In this document: in pieces, positions 57,733 through 64,000 of the stretch
Position numbering within the stretch: the stretch's first letter is position 1
How the letters are laid out: each line of letters starts with the position of its first letter
Source: an uncultured Hymenobacter sp.
Lineage (GTDB): Bacteria > Bacteroidota > Bacteroidia > Cytophagales > Hymenobacteraceae
Assembly (NCBI GenBank): GCA_964243255.1
Contig: CAXTFI010000002.1
Coordinates: forward strand, 3,243-67,242
Length of the DNA stretch: 64,000 nt
Direction: 5' to 3'
Notes under the pieces: generated by a model
What the model saw: the letters and a program-made list of their open reading frames with translations, nothing else
The model's database searches: none
What the model was told of the DNA's origin: nothing
Made by a program: the position numbers and the translations under genes

Positions 57733-60700
57733 TTATTCGCTGCCCAAGAGGAAGTCCAGCTCAATAATGGTCTGGTTGTGTTGCAGCAGCGCATCGAGGT
57801 AGTCGAGGCGCAGGCGGCGGGCGCGCTCCAGGTTGAGCAGGTATTCGGAGTAGCCGGTTTCGCCGGCCTTGTAGGCCAGGGTGGCCAGGCGCGTGATAAT
57901 GGCGGCCTGCGGCAGGGCAGTTAGCTCGAAGAAGCGCAGGCGCTGCTGCTGCTCGGCGCGGCGGGCGCGCAACTCGTCGAGGCGACCGGCCAGCTCGGCG
58001 CGGTAGCGGTCGTAGCCGGCCTGGGCTACCTGCTCCTGCAAGCGGGCGGCCTGCACCCGCGCCTTTTGGGGCCGGCGCCAGAGCGGGGCGGCCACGCCGG
58101 CCTGCACGCCTTGAAAGCGTGCGCTGCCGTCGTAGTAGCGCTCGGTGCCGCCCGCGTCCAGGCGCTGGAAACCGATGATGCTCTGGTTGAAGTAGCCCAG
58201 GGTGAGTTCGGGCAGGCCGGCGGCCTGGGCCACGCGGGTTTCGGCCCGGCGCTCGGCCACCTGCTGGGCCAGCACCCGCGCCTGGGGGTTGGCGCTAGCC
58301 AGCAGCGTATCGGGGCCCGCCAGGGCCACCGTGTCGGCCAGGGCCAGGGCAGTGGCGGGGCCGGGGGCCAGCGGCTGCAAGAGGCTGTCGGCGACGGCCA
58401 CCGGGGCGGGCGCTTGCAGTAGGGCTTGCAGTTGGCGCTGGGCCACGCGCAGGTCGGTGCGGGCGGCGCGCAGCTGGGTGCGGATGTCGCCCTGCTGCAC
58501 CAGGGCCGTGGCGGGTTCGAGGCGGGCGGCTTCACCGGTTTTGAAGCGCAGGTTGGCCGCGCGCAGAAACTCGGTGTACACGCTGTCCTGCCCGCGCAGC
58601 ACCCGCAGGCGGTGGCGGGCGTACACGGCCTGCGCGTAGCTCAGGCGCACCTGTCGGCGCAGCTCGGCCCGCACCTGCGCCAGCTGCGCCTGCTGACCGG
58701 CAATGCGGGCGTCGGCCAGGCCGGCCGCGCTGCGGTACACGCCGGGCAGCGCCAGCGACTGCGTGAGGGTGAATTGATTATCCCGGTTGGCCGAGTTGTA
58801 CTGCCCGTAGCTGCCGGTCAGGGTGGTACGGCCGAAGTCGTAAGCCGCCCGGCGCACGGCCTGCTGCGCTTCCAGGGCCCTAGTGCCGGCCAACACCGTG
58901 CCGTTGGCTTGCAGGGCCTGGCTCACTGCCTGGGGCGCGGTGAGCGGGGCTTGGGCCCGGCTGAGCAGGGGTAGGAAAAGCAGCAGGAGCAGCGAGGCCA
59001 CCGGCAGCTTGTGCACCGGGGCAGCCGGCTTCGGCTGGCTAGCCGGCGCGGTTTCCGTCGCCGGCGCGGCCGTTTTAATTCGCTCGCTCAGAGCGTAGAG
59101 CACCGGCAGCACCAGCAGCGTCAGCAGGGTGGCCGACACCAGCCCGCCGATAACCACCGTGGCCAGCGGGCGCTGCACCTCGGCTCCGGCCGACGTACTC
59201 AGGGCCATCGGCAGGAAGCCCAGCGAGGCCACGGTAGCCGTCATCAGCACCGGCCGTAGGCGTACTTCGGTGCCGTGCAGAATGCGCGAAAGCAAGTCGG
59301 CGTGGCCCTCCGCTTTGAGCTGGTTGAAGTAGCCGATGAGCACGATACCGTTGAGCACGGCTACCCCGAATAGCGCAATGAACCCTACCCCCGCCGAAAT
59401 GCTAAACGGCATTCCGCGCAGCCACAGCGCCGCCACCCCGCCGATGGCCGACAAGGGAATAGCGCTGAAAATCAGCACCGACTGCTTCAGCGAGTGAAAC
59501 GTGAAGTAGAGCAGCACGAAAATCAGCCCCAGCGCCACCGGCACGGCCACGCTCAGCCGCTCGGTGGCCTGGCGCAGGTTCTCAAATTCGCCGCCGTAGG
59601 TGGTGTAGTAGCCGGGGGCAAATTTGAGCTGTTTATCCATCTTGCCTTGCAGCTCCTTGACCACCGTTTCCACATCCCTACCCCGCACGTTGAAGGCCAC
59701 CGTAATGCGGCGCTTGGCGTCGTCGCGCTGAATCTGGTTGGGGCCCTCGCGCAGCGCCACGTTGGCCACCTGCTCCAGGGGCACCTGCTGGCCGTTGGGA
59801 GCCGCGATGAAGAGCCGGCGCACGCTGCTGATGTCCTTGCGCAGGTCGGAGCGCAGGCGCAGCACCAGGTCGTAGCGGCGCTCCTGCTCAAACACCTGGC
59901 CGGCCACCTCGCCCGCGAAGGCCGTTTGCACGGTGCGGTTCACGTCGGCCACGTTCAGGCCAAACTGCGCCAGGCGGTTGCGGTCGAGCTGCACCACGAT
60001 TTGCGGCAGGCCCGTCACCTGCTCCACGTACACGTCCTGGGCCCCCGGCACCCGGCGCACCAGGCGGCCCACCTGCTGGGCGTAGTCGGCCAGCTGCTGC
60101 AAATCCTCGCCGTAGATTTTCACTACCACGTCCTGCTTGGCCCCCGAAATCAGCTCGTTGAACCTCATCTGGATGGGCTGCTGGAAGCCGAAGGTGACGC
60201 CAGGAATGACGCTCAGGGCCTTCGCCATTTTGTCAGCCAACGCCTCGCGGGTAGGGGCCGAGGTCCACTCTTTTTGGTCTTTGAGGATAATCATCAGGTC
60301 GCCCGCTTCCACCGGCATGGGGTCGGTGGGAATCTCGCCGGCCCCGATTTTGGCCACCACCTCCTGCACTTCGGGAAACTGCCGCTTGAGAATGCCGCCC
60401 GCCTGCTGGGCCTTCTCAATGGTGTAGCTCAGCGACGAGCCGGTAAGCGTGCGCATCTCCACTGCGAAGTCGCCCTCGGTCAGCTGCGGAATGAACTCGC
60501 CCCCGAGGGTGCGGAACAGGAAAAAAGCGCTGGTGAGCAGGGCTGCCGCCAGGCTCAGCACCACGGCTTGGTGCCGCAGGGCGGCCTTAAGCAGCGGGTG
60601 GTAGAACCGGGTAAAAAAGGCCATCATCCGGTCGGAAAAGGTCTTCTCCGGGTCCGTGGACCGGCTCAGCGCCAGCGCCGACATCATGGGCACGTAGGTC

Positions 60701-62187
60701 AAGCTCAGAATGAAAGCCCCGAGAATGGCAAAAGCCACCGTCTCGGCCATCGGCCGGAACATCTTGCCCTCGATGCCGGCCAGCGCCAATAGGGGTAGGT
60801 ACACGATGAGAATGATGACCTCTCCAAAGGCCGCTGACGAGCGGATTTTGCTGGCCGCGTGGTAGGTTTCCTCGTTCATCTGCGCGGCCGTGAGGCGGTT
60901 GCCTGGCACTTGCAGCAGCCCGCCGTGCAGGCGGTGCACGATGGCCTCCACAATAATCACGGCCCCGTCCACAATCAGCCCGAAGTCGATGGCCCCCAGG
61001 CTCATCAGGTTGCCCGACACACCAAACAGGCGCATCATGCTCACCGCAAAGAGCATGGCCAGCGGAATGACCGAGGCTACCACCAGCCCGGCCCGCCAGT
61101 TGCCCAGAAACAGGATGAGCACGAAAATGACGATGAGAGCCCCTTCCATCAGGTTCTTCTCCACCGTGCCGATGGCGCGGTTTACTAGTTTGGAGCGGTC
61201 CAGAAACGGCTCGACGGTAACGCCCTCGGGCAGGGTTTTGCGGATGGTTGCCATGCGGGCCTGCACGGCTTTAATCACCTCGGCGGCATTGGCGCCCTTG
61301 AGCATGAGCACCAGCCCACCGGTTACTTCGCCCTGGTCATTGAGCGTCATGGCCCCGTAGCGCACGGCCGCGCCAATGCGCACCTGGGCCACGTCACGCA
61401 CTAGCACGGGCAGCCCGGTCCGGGTGCTGCGCACCACGATGGCCCCGATGTCCTGGGTAGAGGTGGCTAGCCCCTCAGTGCGGATGAAGGCGGCCGTGGG
61501 GTTCTGGTCGAGGTAGGCCCCGCCCGCGTTCTGGTTGTTGCGCGAAACGGCCTGAAACACCTCGTCCACCGTGACGCCCAGCGAGCGTAGGCGCTCGGGG
61601 TCGAGGGCCACTTCATACTGTTTGAGCAGCCCGCCGAAGCTGCTCACGTCGGCCACGCCGGGTGTGCCCAGCAGCTGCCGGCGCACCAGCCAGTCCTGAA
61701 TGGTACGCAACTCGGTGGCTGGATACTTCTTCTCGTAGCCCGGCTTGGCGCGCACCAGGTACTGGTACACCTCGCCCAGGCCGGTGCTGAGCGGAGCCAG
61801 CTCGGGCCGGCCAGTGCCGGACGGTATCTGGCTTTCGGCCTCGTTCAGGCGCTCCGCTACCTGGGTGCGGGCCCAATAAATATCGGTTTTGTCGTCGAAG
61901 ACGATGGTGACGACTGAGAGGCCGAAGCGCGAGAACGAGCGCACTTCGACCCGGCCGGGGATGGTGGCCATCGCCTGCTCGACGGGAAAGGACACCAAGC
62001 GCTCAATCTCCTGGGCAGCCAGCGAGGGGGCCACGGTGTACACCACTACCTGGTTGTTGGTGATGTCGGGCACCGCGTCGATGGGCAGGTGGGCCAGCGA
62101 GTAGCTGCCCCAGGCTATCAGGGCGAAGGTCAGCACCCCGATAATGAGCTTGTTGTAAATAGAAAACTGAATCAGCCGGTCGAACAT
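57733..62187 (-). CDS. czcA: CusA/CzcA heavy-metal RND transporter fused to a TolC-like outer-membrane factor
   Basis: LPIDAVPDITN, MSLGAIDFGLIVDG, RLRPVLMTA and GAEVQRPLA; ~400-aa OMF-like C-terminus. Confidence 0.93.
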   Translation of the reverse strand: MFDRLIQFSIYNKLIIGVLTFALIAWGSYSLAHLPIDAVPDITNNQVVVYTVAPSLAAQEIERLVSFPVEQAMATIPGRVEVRSFSRFGLSVVTIVFDDKTDIYWARTQVAERLNEAESQIPSGTGRPELAPLSTGLGEVYQYLVRAKPGYEKKYPATELRTIQDWLVRRQLLGTPGVADVSSFGGLLKQYEVALDPERLRSLGVTVDEVFQAVSRNNQNAGGAYLDQNPTAAFIRTEGLATSTQDIGAIVVRSTRTGLPVLVRDVAQVRIGAAVRYGAMTLNDQGEVTGGLVLMLKGANAAEVIKAVQARMATIRKTLPEGVTVEPFLDRSKLVNRAIGTVEKNLMEGALIVIFVLILFLGNWRAGLVVASVIPLAMLFAVSMMRLFGVSGNLMSLGAIDFGLIVDGAVIIVEAIVHRLHGGLLQVPGNRLTAAQMNEETYHAASKIRSSAAFGEVIILIVYLPLLALAGIEGKMFRPMAETVAFAILGAFILSLTYVPMMSALALSRSTDPEKTFSDRMMAFFTRFYHPLLKAALRHQAVVLSLAAALLTSAFFLFRTLGGEFIPQLTEGDFAVEMRTLTGSSLSYTIEKAQQAGGILKRQFPEVQEVVAKIGAGEIPTDPMPVEAGDLMIILKDQKEWTSAPTREALADKMAKALSVIPGVTFGFQQPIQMRFNELISGAKQDVVVKIYGEDLQQLADYAQQVGRLVRRVPGAQDVYVEQVTGLPQIVVQLDRNRLAQFGLNVADVNRTVQTAFAGEVAGQVFEQERRYDLVLRLRSDLRKDISSVRRLFIAAPNGQQVPLEQVANVALREGPNQIQRDDAKRRITVAFNVRGRDVETVVKELQGKMDKQLKFAPGYYTTYGGEFENLRQATERLSVAVPVALGLIFVLLYFTFHSLKQSVLIFSAIPLSAIGGVAALWLRGMPFSISAGVGFIALFGVAVLNGIVLIGYFNQLKAEGHADLLSRILHGTEVRLRPVLMTATVASLGFLPMALSTSAGAEVQRPLATVVIGGLVSATLLTLLVLPVLYALSERIKTAAPATETAPASQPKPAAPVHKLPVASLLLLLFLPLLSRAQAPLTAPQAVSQALQANGTVLAGTRALEAQQAVRRAAYDFGRTTLTGSYGQYNSANRDNQFTLTQSLALPGVYRSAAGLADARIAGQQAQLAQVRAELRRQVRLSYAQAVYARHRLRVLRGQDSVYTEFLRAANLRFKTGEAARLEPATALVQQGDIRTQLRAARTDLRVAQRQLQALLQAPAPVAVADSLLQPLAPGPATALALADTVALAGPDTLLASANPQARVLAQQVAERRAETRVAQAAGLPELTLGYFNQSIIGFQRLDAGGTERYYDGSARFQGVQAGVAAPLWRRPQKARVQAARLQEQVAQAGYDRYRAELAGRLDELRARRAEQQQRLRFFELTALPQAAIITRLATLAYKAGETGYSEYLLNLERARRLRLDYLDALLQHNQTIIELDFLLGSE

Positions 62188-62340
62188 GAAGCCGCTGGGA
62201 GGGGAAAAAGCCTAACCATAAGAAAAGCTTTCCGGCGCGCGAGCCCTAGCCCACCGCCAGAGGGGTAGGGGACGCAAACGCGCATCAGCCAGTCCTGCTC
62301 ATCGCAGGGCCGGGCCGCATAGCCGGAAAGAAATGGGTAG

Positions 62341-62676
62341 TTAGGCCCCCTGGGGCGGCTGCCACGGCGCGACTGTGGCGCGGGTCGGCACGGCCGGTAC
62401 CGGCTGGGCAGCAAAGCGCAACACCGAGTAGTGCATTGCCGGCCGGGTAACGAAGGCTACAACCGGGGCCGTGGGCAGGGCAAAGCCTGCGCAGCAGTGG
62501 CACTGGCACAAGGGCGAGCACCAATCGATGCCCCCATGCGAGTTGCCGCAGTCGTGATGTGCAGCCCGGATAACGGCCGTTGTAGCGGCCTGCTCGGCGC
62601 ACGGCTCCATGTCGGTGCAGGGCAGGCAGCCCAGTACGGTGAAGTAGATAGCGAAGAGCAGAGCAAGCAGGCGCAT
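62341..62676 (-). CDS. DUF6660-like Cys/His-rich protein
   Basis: LPCTD...CSPLCQCHCC...WQPPQ; customary gene upstream of Bacteroidota czcA. Confidence 0.8.
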   Translation of the reverse strand: MRLLALLFAIYFTVLGCLPCTDMEPCAEQAATTAVIRAAHHDCGNSHGGIDWCSPLCQCHCCAGFALPTAPVVAFVTRPAMHYSVLRFAAQPVPAVPTRATVAPWQPPQGA

Positions 62677-62724
62677 CGGGGCAAAGGTAAGCGCCTTAAA
62701 GTAAGTGCTGGTATTGGGATGGCT

Positions 62725-62966
62725 TCAGGCGCTCTGGGAATGAGTTTGTGCAAAGTTGTGCGAATAGGCTTTCACCTGTTCGCGCACGTACCGGAAAGCG
62801 GTTAGTATCTCTGCCTCATTGCCGATTGCCTTGGCTGGGTCAGGGAAGTTGTGGTGCAGCTTCTTCGCCGACGAGAGAGACACCGGGCATACCTCATTGG
62901 CGTGGTCGTATACAGTAATTACATAATCAAACGGCACAACCGCATACATGTCGACTTGGTTGCTTC
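62725..62966 (-). pseudogene. arsC: Arsenate reductase (LMW-PTP fold) C-terminal remnant
   Basis: SNQVDMY..FDYVITVYDHANEVCP..HHNFPDPAKA; the N-terminal CX5R loop is missing and a C to Y change sits in TVCD. Confidence 0.8.
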
Positions 62967-63009
62967 AGTTTAGGAGGCACTTGGGGGAGTGGCTTACAGT
63001 GAACTGGAT

Positions 63010-63420
63010 TTACCGGGTAAAGTGCTGCTCTAACAAAGTCGTGACTTTCTCGCGGGTCAGAGGCTTGCTGAGGAAGCCAGCGATGGGTAACTGTTGAGCG
63101 CGGGCCACGTCCGTGGGGTGCAGGGAGGTGGTGAGCATCACGATGACAATGGCTTTCTGGTGGGCTAGTGGCATCCGCACGTAGGCTTCCAAAAAGGCTA
63201 GCCCGTTGAGCACCGGCATGTTCATGTCGAGCAGGATGAGCCGGGGACACGCCGCAGTAGGCGGGGCAATGCACGTCTGGTCGAGCGTACGTAGGGCCTG
63301 CTCCCCGTTCTCGGCCACGAGAACCTGCTCAGCCACGCCCATGCGGGTCAGCAGCAGCTTGTTGAGGTAGTTGGTGGTGGGGTCGTCATCGACCGGCAGC
63401 ACACTGGTTAGGGGCGGCAT
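63010..63420 (-). CDS. Single-domain response regulator
   Basis: VDDD, LLDMNMP, MLTTS and FLSKPL. Confidence 0.9.
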   Translation of the reverse strand: MPPLTSVLPVDDDPTTNYLNKLLLTRMGVAEQVLVAENGEQALRTLDQTCIAPPTAACPRLILLDMNMPVLNGLAFLEAYVRMPLAHQKAIVIVMLTTSLHPTDVARAQQLPIAGFLSKPLTREKVTTLLEQHFTR

Positions 63421-63434
63421 AAAGCGAGGCGTGT

Positions 63435-64000
63435 TTAAACAGGAAATGTAACGGTGAAAGTGGTGCCCACGTTGGGCTGGCTCTGCACGGTGATAATACC
63501 CCCTGCATTCTCAATCAGGCGCTTTGTTATGTAGAGGCCTACACCCGTACCCTCGACATGGGTGTGCAGGCGCTGAAACAGGCCAAAGAGTTGGCGCTGT
63601 TGCACCTCACTCATACCCAGTCCGTTGTCATCCACAGTGAGCACCACGGCCTGCGACGTTTGCTCGGCGCGCACCTGCACCTGCGAGGGGCGGTCGGGTG
63701 CGCAGTACTTGATAGCGTTACTGAGCAGGTTGTAGACGATGCTGCGCAGATTGGCCGGTGAAAAGGACACTAGCAGCGCGGGTGGGACCACGACGGTCAA
63801 CTGGGTATTGACTGCCCCAATGGCGGGAGCCAAGTCCAGGCGCACGGCTTCTACCACTTCAGCCAGGTTAACCGGCTCGGCAGGCCCAGTATGCGCCAAT
63901 TGCAGCCGGGATATATCCGTGAGCTGGCCGATGGTCGCCTGAAAGCGGGCAACCGTCTGGTTGAGCAGGTCCAGCAGATGGGTTACTGTCTCCTCCTGCT
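63435..64000 (-). CDS. Sensor histidine kinase, C-terminal HATPase part (partial, continues beyond the window)
   Basis: NLLSNAIKY, DNGLG, FQRLH and GTGVGL. Confidence 0.9.
   Translation of the reverse strand, partial: QEETVTHLLDLLNQTVARFQATIGQLTDISRLQLAHTGPAEPVNLAEVVEAVRLDLAPAIGAVNTQLTVVVPPALLVSFSPANLRSIVYNLLSNAIKYCAPDRPSQVQVRAEQTSQAVVLTVDDNGLGMSEVQQRQLFGLFQRLHTHVEGTGVGLYITKRLIENAGGIITVQSQPNVGTTFTVTFPV

Larger units (their letters stand above)
18956..64000. mobile_element. Integrative element / genomic island starting at the tRNA-Glu att; right end not found in the window
   Basis: att core, integrase and excisionase at the left end; TA pair, polymerase-like gene and metal-resistance cargo. 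The extent is inferred. Confidence 0.5.

Noticed and set aside
2631-60792. Long antisense or alternate-frame ORFs (e.g. 2631-3923, 33070-34041, 55041-56087, 59494-60792)
   Set aside because: Shadow ORFs of GC-rich genes with no motifs of their own.
57733-62187. CzcA-TolC fusion as a novelty
   Set aside because: This fused architecture is common in Bacteroidota heavy-metal RND systems.
1-64000. CRISPR array or cas genes
   Set aside because: No regularly spaced 25-45-bp repeats and no Cas motifs seen; the hairpins at 174-599 are all different sequences.

Overview
Accessory DNA from a GC-rich Bacteroidota organism, probably Hymenobacter-like (inferred from gene content). It has four blocks. 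(1) 1-18.5 kb is a decaying defence island dominated by anti-plasmid systems. It contains a promoter-led, densely base-paired ~426-nt non-coding element (174-599), a collapsed type I RM hsdR, and a type I Wadjet with broken jetA/jetB but intact jetC/jetD. Facing away from it is an apparently intact, sequence-divergent four-gene SMC/TOPRIM (Wadjet/MksBEFG-like) operon, followed by a DdmDE-like helicase-nuclease plus Argonaute-like pair that is 5'-truncated and carries nonsense codons. (2) 18.9-22.6 kb holds a tRNA-Glu-derived att core flanked on both sides by arm-type repeats, a tyrosine integrase, an excisionase-like HTH and an AbiE-like toxin-antitoxin pair. (3) 22.8-47.8 kb is cargo: three outer-membrane receptor / LytS-LytTR modules (two with an extra His-less pseudokinase), several peptidases, and an NrtR-controlled nucleoside hydrolase/Nudix unit. 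(4) 48-64 kb holds a family-A-polymerase-like (TV-Pol-like) protein fused to a transposase-type HTH, an HNH nuclease, a Zn/Cd/Co efflux cluster, an arsC remnant and a two-component pair running off the right edge. No CRISPR array, rRNA or complete tRNA was seen. All family assignments come from motif recognition by eye; no database search was run.
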